Assembly (NCBI GenBank): GCA_037446635.1
Contig: JBBIIG010000004.1
Span: forward strand, 18,943-82,942
Length of the DNA stretch: 64,000 nucleotides
Direction of reading: 5' to 3'
Source of the DNA: a bacterium
Lineage (GTDB): Bacteria; Zhuqueibacterota; Zhuqueibacteria; Oceanimicrobiales; Oceanimicrobiaceae
Below, one piece after another: positions 7,755-18,128 of this stretch. The notes under the pieces were generated by a model, which ran no database searches, was not told the origin of the DNA, and saw only the letters and a list, made by a program, of their open reading frames with translations. The translations under genes and the position numbers were made by a program. Position 1 is the stretch's first letter. The number at the start of each line of letters is the position of its first letter.

Positions 7755-8702
7755 ATGCAGATTATTCCATCTATCACTCTTATCTTTTTGTTTTGCTTTA
7801 CAATCGGCTGTAAGGAAGAGGATTTTTCGGTGAATATCCCAATCAATCGGCCGACACGCAATTATGGTGAGCCGGCATGGGGACCGTCAGATTGGATTAT
7901 GTTTTCTCATACTCCGTATGATGCGTCAGGTCAACCAGTGGATTCTTCCGGGTTATGGCTGGTTCATCCTGATGGTACGGGAAGACGGCCTTTTACACTT
8001 TTACGAGAAGTCCGTGACTTTGCAGCACCTGATTGGTCACCAGATGGAAAATGGATTGCAGCACATCAAGATGGCCAAATCTACAAAATTTCGGTTGAGA
8101 AGGACAGCTTGGTACAACTGACATTCCCTTCATTACGAAAATTTTATCCCACTTGGAACCCGGATGGTAAATGGATAGCATTTTCAATTACCGATGGTGA
8201 CCATAGTCAATGGGGCATCTGGGCTGTTAGAAGCGATGGTCTGGAGATGCGTCACCTCCGGCGAGTCGATGGCTTGAACCCCGACTGGTCGCCAGATGGT
8301 CAACGAATTGTTTTCCCTGGATGGCCAGAAGGCACCCAGAAGCAAAAGCTAATGATCATGGATGCAACCGGAGAAAATCTGAAGGTCGTTTTTGACCCCG
8401 CTCGGTATGGATTTAATTTTACCTGGAACGTTGACCATCCGCAGTTTTCTCCGGATGGCGCAAAAATCGTGTTTCAAATGGGACCCGCTGAGCAGAGGGA
8501 TGGACAAATTTGGATAGTGAATACCGATGGCAGCCATCCCCGCCAGTTGACTTCGGACGGGGGGCTGGAGCCCTCATGGAGTCCCGACAGCAGACAGATA
8601 GTTTATGTTAAGTTTTCAACCCGCCATGCTGAGCAAACAGGAAATGGCAAGCTGTGGATAATGGATGCCGAAGGTGGTAATAAGCGGCAGTTGACGTTCT
8701 AA
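7755..8702 (+). CDS. Lipoprotein with TolB-like/PD40 beta-propeller repeats
   Basis: Signal peptide plus lipobox (LFCFTIGC). Repeated DWSPDGKWIA / TWNPDGKWIAF / DWSPDGQRIVF / FSPDGAKIVF / SWSPDSRQIVY blades. Confidence 0.8.
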   Translation: MQIIPSITLIFLFCFTIGCKEEDFSVNIPINRPTRNYGEPAWGPSDWIMFSHTPYDASGQPVDSSGLWLVHPDGTGRRPFTLLREVRDFAAPDWSPDGKWIAAHQDGQIYKISVEKDSLVQLTFPSLRKFYPTWNPDGKWIAFSITDGDHSQWGIWAVRSDGLEMRHLRRVDGLNPDWSPDGQRIVFPGWPEGTQKQKLMIMDATGENLKVVFDPARYGFNFTWNVDHPQFSPDGAKIVFQMGPAEQRDGQIWIVNTDGSHPRQLTSDGGLEPSWSPDSRQIVYVKFSTRHAEQTGNGKLWIMDAEGGNKRQLTF

Positions 8703-8725
8703 ATTAAAACTCTCGTAATCAAAAA

Positions 8726-8765
8726 AGGCGTATCGGCCACCCGCCAAGGTATTTCCGATACGCCT
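8726..8765. terminator. Hairpin with 11-bp perfect stem (AGGCGTATCGG..CCGATACGCCT) preceded by an A6 run. Possible bidirectional terminator
   Basis: Read directly. The T-run is on the minus strand only, so its function as a plus-strand terminator is uncertain. Confidence 0.35.
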
Positions 8766-8975
8766 GTGAAATCGACAAAAGAAGCAAGGAGTTTAGGCTT
8801 TTTATTTCGGCCCATACGCCCTCTTTGTCTTGGGAAAGTTATGAATTAAAATGAAAAAGTCAATCAAAAATTTGTCGACACAGTTCATTTCCTTATCCCT
8901 CCGGTTTTACATAATTGCGATAGGAGAAAGAACTATCTGACAATTATCCAATTACTTAAAAAGGAGGATGCAAAC

Positions 8976-11276
8976 ATGCAGTGCAGAACCAATATCACTG
9001 TGTGGAAGGTCTTGTTTACCTTCCTGGTTCTTTCGATGGTCGTTTTTTCTAAAAAAACACTAGCCCAAGAAAATATAGATAATCAGATCGTGGTCATGTT
9101 CAAATCAGGCATAGTAAGCCTTCCCGATGGCCGCGATCGAGCGAATCTGGACGAGGCCACGCTTCCAACTCCACTTCGGACTTTACTAAAAGCCTTTGAT
9201 GCCCAGGAAATTGCAAAGGGAATCCCGGAATTCCAGCGTTCAGACACCTTACGCGTTCTACCAGATGGCCGATTGTTTAAGGTACCGGACTATACGAACC
9301 TGTTTGTCATTACATTGCCCACAGGATTACAACGAGAGGCATTGGTAGATTCCTTGGTGCGGTTCCCAATCGTGGTCAGTGCCGAAAAAAACCAGAGGGC
9401 CATTTTGCGGGAGACCATTCCCAATGATACACACTTCCAGGCCCGCCAATGGAATTTGAAAAACACGGGTCAATTTGGCGGCACGCCGGGCGCCGACGTC
9501 AAAGCAACTTTTGCGTGGGATATTACCAAAGGCAGTACTTCCGTTATCTTGGGTATTTTAGATTACGGAATACAATCAGGACATCTTGATTTGCAGGGCA
9601 AGGTTAGCGGTGACGCTGGTTATAGTGTTTCTCACGGAACCCATGTAGCGGGCATTGCTGGCGCACTTACAAATAACAACCGAGGCGTTGCCGGCGTAGA
9701 TTGGAATGCTCAGTTGGTTTCGCAACGAATAGATTTAGGCGGCATCCCAGAAATAGCACAGGCCGTCAACGATGCAGTAGCGGCAGGCGCACGGGTGTTG
9801 AACAATAGCTGGGGATTGCCAAGTTATTCTACGGTACTTTACAATGCGTTTCTATCCGCTTACCAAGCCGATGTCCTCTCCACTGTGGCCAATCCCGAAA
9901 CCGGCGCTACAGGTGAATTTCCAAACAGTTTCGGTACCTGGATTATGAATGTTGCTGCTACGACTAATGGAGATGCAAAAGCCAGCTATTCCTTCGATCG
10001 CAACTATACTGATGTTGGTGCACCTGGCGGCAATGCCGATGGAGTCTTAGAACGCAATATTTATTCTACAATTCCGGACAACACCTATGGTTATATGGCT
10101 GGCACTTCCATGGCTACTCCACACGTAACCGGCATTGCAGGACTATTGCTGGCCATCAATCCCAACCTGCACAATTATGATCTGGAGTGGATCATCAAAC
10201 GCTCTGCCAACGATATACCGCCTACGGGTCGAGACCCTAGCACCGGTTACGGTCGAGTTAACGCGTACGAGGCGGTGCGACATGTGGCTGCCCCGTATCA
10301 GATCACCCACGGCAATGCCACGTTGACGAAAACAAATAACAATATTCAGGTAACATTCTTAGCGCCACCGTTGCCGGAACTAGCGGCGGGGACTTACTGG
10401 GTAGATCGTTGGCAATTAGAAGCTGTTGTTAATTTCAATCCTATTTATTCTCAAACTCCATGGGCGTGGCTGAGCCAAACCGGCTATTCAGCAGCCAACC
10501 CCAACGATGCAAAAGAATACATGTATGAAAACTCCACGACATCTTCGACTACCATTAGAACCTTTTTCTATTATATAAGAACAAATCTCTTAGGACAAAC
10601 AATCAACAAATGGGCGCCGATGGATCCGAATATTTTATCTCGTCAATATGCTGTGTTAGGCACTCCGGCACCTCTGGCCGTCACCATCACCGGCCCGACC
10701 TCGCTGGGATACAAACAATCCGGCACGTGGACGGCCAATGCCTCCGGCGGCACGGGTTCGTACACTTACGAATGGCGGTTTCGTTACAATGGCACCGGCC
10801 CCTGGTCCAGTGTGGTGGGCACATCTCAAACCTATACCCGCACCATGTTAGACACCGATTTTGAGCTGCAGGTTAAGGTAACCAGTGGCGGTCAGAGTGT
10901 CTATGACACCCATTACGTTGATTACGGAGTGGCTAAAGAAGGCGTTGCTGATTCTGATGTGACGGTTCAAATCCCAGAACAATTTGCACTACATCAGAAT
11001 TATCCGAATCCGTTTAACCCGACTACCGAAATCAAATTTGAATTGCCAGAAAATGGCTACGTCACTGTAAGCATCTTTAACGCGGTGGGCCAAAGAATTC
11101 GTACTCTGGTAGATGAGCCCAAGACCGCCGGTTATCACAGCGTCGTCTGGGACAGCAAAGATGAGTCTGGTCACGAGGTGGCTTCGGGAGTGTATCTCTA
11201 CCGTATCTATGTCAGACCCGCTAATGCCAGCGGCCAACCATTCAAAGCGGTCAAAAAAATGACGCTTCTGCGATAG
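8976..11276 (+). CDS. Secreted subtilisin-like serine protease (peptidase S8) with T9SS C-terminal sorting domain
   Basis: Catalytic triad contexts: ILDYGIQSGHLDL (Asp), HGTHVAGIAGA (His), GTSMATPHVTGIAGLL (Ser). C-terminus LHQNYPNPFNPTTEIKFELPENGYVTVSIFNAVGQRIRTL...GVYLYRI. SD is AAGGAGG. Confidence 0.88.
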   Translation: MQCRTNITVWKVLFTFLVLSMVVFSKKTLAQENIDNQIVVMFKSGIVSLPDGRDRANLDEATLPTPLRTLLKAFDAQEIAKGIPEFQRSDTLRVLPDGRLFKVPDYTNLFVITLPTGLQREALVDSLVRFPIVVSAEKNQRAILRETIPNDTHFQARQWNLKNTGQFGGTPGADVKATFAWDITKGSTSVILGILDYGIQSGHLDLQGKVSGDAGYSVSHGTHVAGIAGALTNNNRGVAGVDWNAQLVSQRIDLGGIPEIAQAVNDAVAAGARVLNNSWGLPSYSTVLYNAFLSAYQADVLSTVANPETGATGEFPNSFGTWIMNVAATTNGDAKASYSFDRNYTDVGAPGGNADGVLERNIYSTIPDNTYGYMAGTSMATPHVTGIAGLLLAINPNLHNYDLEWIIKRSANDIPPTGRDPSTGYGRVNAYEAVRHVAAPYQITHGNATLTKTNNNIQVTFLAPPLPELAAGTYWVDRWQLEAVVNFNPIYSQTPWAWLSQTGYSAANPNDAKEYMYENSTTSSTTIRTFFYYIRTNLLGQTINKWAPMDPNILSRQYAVLGTPAPLAVTITGPTSLGYKQSGTWTANASGGTGSYTYEWRFRYNGTGPWSSVVGTSQTYTRTMLDTDFELQVKVTSGGQSVYDTHYVDYGVAKEGVADSDVTVQIPEQFALHQNYPNPFNPTTEIKFELPENGYVTVSIFNAVGQRIRTLVDEPKTAGYHSVVWDSKDESGHEVASGVYLYRIYVRPANASGQPFKAVKKMTLLR

Positions 11277-11426
11277 GTCAATTAAAAAGAGGCTGTTCAA
11301 AAAGTCGATTTTCGTTATGTGTCATGCTCGCATGCTTTAAGGGGCATCTACAAAATCAGCAGCTTATGGACTCCCGCTTAAAACCTGCGGGAGTGACAGC
11401 GGGGCTTTTGGGACAGCCTCTTTAAA

Positions 11427-12860
11427 TTAATACTTCGGCACACTCGGATCCACCTCATCCGACCAGGCCAGAATCCCGCCTTTCAAATTCTTGACCTTCT
11501 CAAAACCGGCTTCCCGCAAAAACTTCACGGCTTTGGCGCTGCGGCCGCCCATCTTGCAATGCACGACAATTTCCTGTGAGCGATCCAATTCGTGAATCCG
11601 CGTGGGCAATTCATTGAGCGGAATCAGCTTCGAACCAGGAATGCGGCAAATTTCATATTCATGCGGCTGGCGGACATCGAGGATGAAAACGCCGCGATTG
11701 TTGGACAAGCGCTCATGCAACTGTCGCACCGTGATCTCGTTTTCCTCCGGCAGCACCACGCGATCCGCCGGCGTGCCGATGCCGCAGAATTGCTCGTAGT
11801 CAATCAAGGCATGAATGGTTGGATTTTCACCGCAGATCGGGCACTTGGGATCTTTGCGCAATTTCAATTCGCGATACTTCATGGCTAACGCGTCGTATAA
11901 AAGCAGCCGGCCAATCAGCGGCTCGCCTTTGCCGATGATCAACTTCACCGCTTCCGTGGCTTGCATCAGCCCGACCGTGCCAGGGAGAATGCCCAGCACC
12001 CCGCCTTCGGCGCAGCTCGGCACCAATCCCGGCGGCGGAGGTTCGGGATAGAGACAGCGATAGCACGGGCCCTCTTTGGCGTAAAACACCGAGACCTGCC
12101 CTTCGAAACGAAAGATGCTGCCGTACACGTTGGGCTTGCCCAGCAGCACACAGGCGTCGTTCACCAGATAGCGGGTGGGGAAATTATCGGTGCCGTCGAT
12201 GATGATATCGTAGTTCTCGAAAATTTGCAGCGCGTTTTCGGAAGTCAATCGCGTCTCGTAGGTATCCACCTCGACGTAGGGATTGATGCCCTGAATACGT
12301 TCCTTCGCCGCCTGCAATTTCGGGCGGCCGACGTCATTCGTTGAATAAATCACCTGCCGCTGCAAATTAGTAAAATCCACCACATCAAAATCGACGATGC
12401 CAATTCGGCCCACGCCCGCGGCGGCTAAATACAGCGCCACCGGCGAACCCAGCCCGCCCATGCCCACCAGCAGCACCTTGGCCTCTTTGAGTTTCCGCTG
12501 TCCTTCGAGCGCCACCTCCGGCATAATGAGATGCCGGCTGTAGCGTTCGATTTCTGCTTTCGAAAATTCACCGTTGCTGTCGCTGCCGCCGGCCACCGAT
12601 GGCACGATGCTGATGACGTCGCCGGCTTTGATGTTGGTTTCTGTGCCGCGAAGATAGCGCACGTCGTCATCGTTGACATAAAGGTTGACGAAATTGCGCA
12701 GGCGACCGTCCTCGCTAAAGAGATGTTTGCGCAAGTCGGGGAATTTCTCAGTGAGGTTGTCCAGCAGTTCGCCAACATTCTTTCCCTCTATTTGAACGCT
12801 GTCCTGATTTTTTGCATACTGGCGCAGCGCCGTCGGGATCAATATTTTTGTAGTCATCAT
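11427..12860 (-). CDS. Fusion of a CysO/MoaD/ThiS-like sulfur-carrier domain (ending in GG) with a MoeZ/MoeB-type E1 adenylyltransferase and a rhodanese domain
   Basis: N-terminal ~93 aa: ..VNLYVNDDDVRYLRGTETNIKAGDVISIVPSVAGG, then LVGMGGLGSPVALYLAAAGVGRIGIVDFDVVDFTNLQRQ (ThiF/MoeB). Zn ribbon CYRC..CPIC. C-terminal rhodanese VHCKMGGRS. Confidence 0.85.
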   Translation of the reverse strand: MMTTKILIPTALRQYAKNQDSVQIEGKNVGELLDNLTEKFPDLRKHLFSEDGRLRNFVNLYVNDDDVRYLRGTETNIKAGDVISIVPSVAGGSDSNGEFSKAEIERYSRHLIMPEVALEGQRKLKEAKVLLVGMGGLGSPVALYLAAAGVGRIGIVDFDVVDFTNLQRQVIYSTNDVGRPKLQAAKERIQGINPYVEVDTYETRLTSENALQIFENYDIIIDGTDNFPTRYLVNDACVLLGKPNVYGSIFRFEGQVSVFYAKEGPCYRCLYPEPPPPGLVPSCAEGGVLGILPGTVGLMQATEAVKLIIGKGEPLIGRLLLYDALAMKYRELKLRKDPKCPICGENPTIHALIDYEQFCGIGTPADRVVLPEENEITVRQLHERLSNNRGVFILDVRQPHEYEICRIPGSKLIPLNELPTRIHELDRSQEIVVHCKMGGRSAKAVKFLREAGFEKVKNLKGGILAWSDEVDPSVPKY

Positions 12861-12874
12861 TTTCTCTCCTCAAC

Positions 12875-13308
12875 TTACTCGTTCACTACAATGATTTTTT
12901 CTTGTTTGAATTTTGAGCGATCGTCTTCGAGCGTCCAGGAGGTGACATCGCTCGCTTTGCTATTTTTTATTGAAACGATGATATAGGAATACCACGGCCA
13001 ACCATGTTCAACATCATAGGCGGAGGGCCGCGCTTCGGCATTTGGGTGCGAATGATAAAAACCAATGATGTCGAGATTCTTTTGCTTAGCGTACTTTTGG
13101 CATTCGAGATAAGCTTGCGGCGTAATTAGAAAGCGATGATACTTCTCGGCGCTTTCGCGAGCATTGAGCGCTGGCAGTGTTGCCACCACTACTTTGTCGC
13201 CGTTCACATTTCTGCCCAATAAAAATCCGCAGCACTCGTCCGGATACGATTCCTCGCCGTATGCTTTGATTAATTCCAAATGCTGTCGATCAATCTTAAG
13301 CGCCATAA
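12875..13308 (-). CDS. JAMM/MPN+ metalloprotease (Mec+-like)
   Basis: Motifs EsyPdECCGFLLG and FYHSHPNAEARPSAYD (HxHx7Sx2D). The ATG at 13308 is preferred over the upstream extension. Confidence 0.8.
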
Positions 13309-14273
13309 TTATTTTCACTCCAAAATTTCTGATCGAAATATTTGTGCGCGCTGTCCGGAAAAATAGTGACAATAACTCCGCAGCCGATCTCCTTCGCAAC
13401 CTGCAGTGCCACGGCCAAAGCCGCTCCCGAGGAAATTCCTACGAGCAGACCTTCTTCCTTTGCCAAAAGTTTCACCATGCGCTGCGCCTCTTCGGTGCTC
13501 ACGGTGCGATTGTCATCCGCTAAATCCGGCTGATAAAAACCCGGCACGATGGCGGTCTCCATGTGCTTCAAACCTTCAAGACCGTGGAATGGCGAATCGG
13601 GTTGCACCGAGATCAATTTAATTTCTTCGTTATATTCTCGCAAAAAAAGCCCCGAGCCCATAAACGTGCCGCTGGTGCCAAGCCCCGCAACAAAATGGGT
13701 AATGCGGCCTTCGGTTTGCCGGATAATTTCCGGGCCCGTACTATCATAATGCGCCAGCCAGTTGGCGCGATTGTTATACTGATCGGCATAAAAATAGCGC
13801 TCCGGCTCTGCCGCAAAAATTCGGCGCGCTTCGCGAATGGCGCCGTCGGAGCCTTGCTGGGGATCGGTCAAAATCAATTCCGCGCCATACGCTCGCAAAA
13901 TTTGCTGAAAGATGTTGCCGGAATTCTTTGGAATCGCCAACTTGACTTTGTATCCCAAATTCGCGCCGTACATGGCGTAGGCGATGCCGGTATTTCCAGA
14001 GGTGGCGTCGAGGATAATTTTATCCGGTGTGAGTTGCCCCGATTTTTCGCCTTCTAAGATAATGTTCAAAGCCGCGCGGTCTTTCACGGAGCCGCCGGGA
14101 TTGAACCACTCGGCTTTGGCGTAAATTTCCACTGGCGCCACACGCGCGGAAATTTTGGCAAGATAAATCAGCGGCGTGTTGCCAACGCGGCTGAGGATAG
14201 ATGGTTTGCGATCGCCGCCTTCAGAGAGCGTCTCCGCAAACGGCTCGAATATTGTCGCTGCTTCTGTTTGCAT
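13296..14273 (-). CDS. cysM: Cysteine synthase (PLP-dependent, CysM/CysK family), probably sulfur-carrier (CysO-thiocarboxylate) dependent
   Basis: ..KAEWFNPGGSVKDRAALNII.. PLP-lysine motif. Gene order cysM-mec-cysO/moeZ as in the mycobacterial CysM/CysO/Mec+ system. Confidence 0.85.
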   Translation of the reverse strand: MQTEAATIFEPFAETLSEGGDRKPSILSRVGNTPLIYLAKISARVAPVEIYAKAEWFNPGGSVKDRAALNIILEGEKSGQLTPDKIILDATSGNTGIAYAMYGANLGYKVKLAIPKNSGNIFQQILRAYGAELILTDPQQGSDGAIREARRIFAAEPERYFYADQYNNRANWLAHYDSTGPEIIRQTEGRITHFVAGLGTSGTFMGSGLFLREYNEEIKLISVQPDSPFHGLEGLKHMETAIVPGFYQPDLADDNRTVSTEEAQRMVKLLAKEEGLLVGISSGAALAVALQVAKEIGCGVIVTIFPDSAHKYFDQKFWSENNYGA

Positions 14274-14289
14274 TTTAAGCCTTTCTATT

Positions 14290-14520
14290 AAAACAAAAAA
14301 CCCACATCGTGTGAATGTGGGTTATGATTTTGGTATGCTAACTTGATTTAAGAATATCAAAACTTCAACATAACCCACCGCTCCATTTCATACAACAGAT
14401 GCACGCGCTGCACACCATCCAGAATTGATTGCAGGGGCCCATGAAGTTTTGCATTTGAATTTTCATCGCGTTGTTCAATTTTGACGAACAAATGTACGCC
14501 ATCGTTTATTTCAAGTCAAG
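14290..14520 (-). promoter_or_regulatory. Candidate transcription attenuator of the cysM operon: Cys-rich leader ORF plus mutually exclusive antiterminator and terminator hairpins
   Basis: On the minus strand: TTGACT-17-TACATT promoter-like hexamers (14519..14491). Leader ORF 14466..14365. Antiterminator arms are GTGGGTTATG (14378..14369) and CATAACCCAC (14326..14317). Terminator is AACCCACAT-TCACACG-ATGTGGGTT (14323..14299) plus TTTTGTTTT (14298..14290). It ends ~16 nt before the cysM ATG. Confidence 0.6.
14365..14466 (-). CDS. Putative cysteine-rich leader peptide MKIQMQNFMGPCNQFWMVCSACICCMKWSGGLC (6 Cys/33). The in-frame upstream ATG at 14502 would give 45 aa with 7 Cys
   Basis: ORF read from the sequence. 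No clear SD. The stop codon TGA abuts the antiterminator 5' arm. Confidence 0.45.
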   Translation of the reverse strand: MKIQMQNFMGPCNQFWMVCSACICCMKWSGGLC

Positions 14521-14543
14521 AAAAAGTTTTAGAAACTTAATGG

Positions 14544-14948
14544 TCAATTGGCGCGAGTTTTAGACCACTCTTTGATGTAGGCGATGATGTCGCTAGTGCT
14601 CGATCCCGGGCCGAAAATTTTGCCTGTGCCCATTTTCTCCAATGCCTCCACATCTTCCGGGGGGATGATGCCGCCGCCGGTGAGCAGCACGTCGGTCAAT
14701 CCCTTTTCGTCCATTAATTTTTTGATGCGCGGAAAGAGCGTCATGTGGGCGCCGGAGAGAATGCTGAGCCCGATAACGTCCACGTCTTCCTGCAACGCCG
14801 CCTCGACGATCATCTCCGGCGTCTGATGCAAGCCAGTGTAGATCACTTCAAAGCCGGCGTCGCGCAGGGCGCTGGCGATGACTTTGGCGCCGCGGTCGTG
14901 GCCGTCCAATCCGGGCTTGGCAATAAGTACGCGAATTTTACGTTCCAT
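14544..14948 (-). CDS. Methylmalonyl-CoA mutase small subunit (cobalamin-binding domain)
   Basis: B12-binding Rossmann fold: ..[34 protein letters not shown].. Confidence 0.85.
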   Translation of the reverse strand: MERKIRVLIAKPGLDGHDRGAKVIASALRDAGFEVIYTGLHQTPEMIVEAALQEDVDVIGLSILSGAHMTLFPRIKKLMDEKGLTDVLLTGGGIIPPEDVEALEKMGTGKIFGPGSSTSDIIAYIKEWSKTRAN

Positions 14949-15173
14949 AATTTACTGCTCAGTTTATCGGGTTAGTGCGACCGTTAATTTAGAATCCGTT
15001 CTGAAAAATGCAACTTAAAAAACGCATGGCGCATAGCGCCAAGAGCATAGCGCCGAGCGAAGAGCGAAAGAGCGTTAAGCGAAACATCGGCACAAACACC
15101 TCTGCCCGCAAACAACGCGGGCTGTCCCCTCAAGGGGACATTTTACGTTGGCGCTATGCACTTGCTCTCTGCG

Positions 15174-16831
<1,658 letters not shown>

Positions 16832-16835
<4 letters not shown>

Positions 16836-17794
16836 GATTTTTCTCCGAGTTTGCGTTTGAAATTCGCGATGAGTTCCTCAGCGATTTTATACGGGGACAA
16901 ACTTGAATCTTGATAATTTTCTAATTTCTCGTGCAACGTTTGGCGGGTGGCGTCATCCCAAAATGCTTTCTCAAATCGAAAGCGCACAATGTTATGAACT
17001 TTTTTGAGCAGCCGCGTTTTGCGTTTTTGCTGCAGAAGATTCTGTTCGATCAAAAATTTGCGATGCGCTTCGATGGCCTCGGCAATTTCGCCAATGCCGT
17101 CGCCCTGGCTGGCAATGGCGCGCAAAACTTTCGGCTGCCACGGCTGCCTTTCGCGGAGTTGCAAAATGGCTTGCAGCTCGGAAATGACGCGGTTTGAGCC
17201 TTCGCGGTCGGCTTTGTTGACCACGAACAAATCGGCGATTTCCATCAGGCCGGCTTTCATGGCTTGCACGGAATCGCCGGACTCCGGTACCAGGACGACA
17301 ATCGTCGTGTCGGCGCTCTCGGCGATGTCCAGCTCGGATTGTCCCACGCCCACGGTTTCGAGCATCACATAATGTTTGCCGGCGGCGTCGAGGATGTCAG
17401 CGGCGTCATCGGCTTTCTTCGAGAGCCCACCCAAGCTGCCGCGCGTGGCCATGCTGCGAATGAACACGCCGTCGTCGAGCGTTACATCCACCATGCGGAT
17501 GCGATCGCCCAACAGCGCGCCGCCCGTGAACGGACTCGTGGGATCCACCGCGATGATGCCCACGGTTTGGTTGCGGCGGCGATAAAGTTTGGTGAGCTGA
17601 TCCACCAGCGTGCTTTTGCCGGCGCCCGGCGGTCCGGTGATGCCAATACGATAAGCGTTACCAATCTTAGGATAAATCGCATCGAGCAAGTTAGCGGCAT
17701 CCGCGACCTCATCCTCCACCAGTGAGATGGATTTGGCGAGGGCGCGTTTATCGCCGCTGAACAGATTTTTGATTATTTGATGAGACACGTTCAT
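16832..17794 (-). CDS. meaB: Methylmalonyl-CoA mutase-associated GTPase MeaB/ArgK
   Basis: [14 protein letters not shown]-loop, ..NKADREG... The stop overlaps the start of the mutase large subunit. Confidence 0.85.
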
Positions 17795-17852
17795 TCATTA
17801 ACCTGTAAAGACGTTGGATGCAACATCTCTACGGGATAAACATTCATAAGTG

Positions 17853-18128
17853 TTAGTTGACGACCATTTCATCGACATCTTCAGCAGGAACAAATTCAAT
17901 TTTGGGCATGACAGACTCAATTTTGAAGACGACATGCTTTTTTCCTTCTCGTTTCAATCGCTCCAAGATTTGTAAATTTTCTTTGTAAAGTTCCGGATCA
18001 TTTGTGGGTAAGAGAACTAGCTGAGCATCTCGAGGAATTTTATCCAAAATTTCCGGCCTATCAATGGCATATTTCATGAAGTCGCTCAAAAGATCACAGT
18101 TTTTTTCAATAATCTTTTTTTCAGTCAT
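17853..18128 (-). CDS. Hypothetical small protein (91 aa), low GC, paired with the next gene
   Basis: 8-nt overlap with the upstream ORF. No recognisable motif. Confidence 0.5.
   Translation of the reverse strand: MTEKKIIEKNCDLLSDFMKYAIDRPEILDKIPRDAQLVLLPTNDPELYKENLQILERLKREGKKHVVFKIESVMPKIEFVPAEDVDEMVVN

Noticed and set aside
14949-15173. Adenosylcobalamin riboswitch between the mutase subunit genes
   Set aside because: No B12-box-like core was recognisable, and the element is inside, not upstream of, the operon. It is kept only as an unexplained structured spacer.
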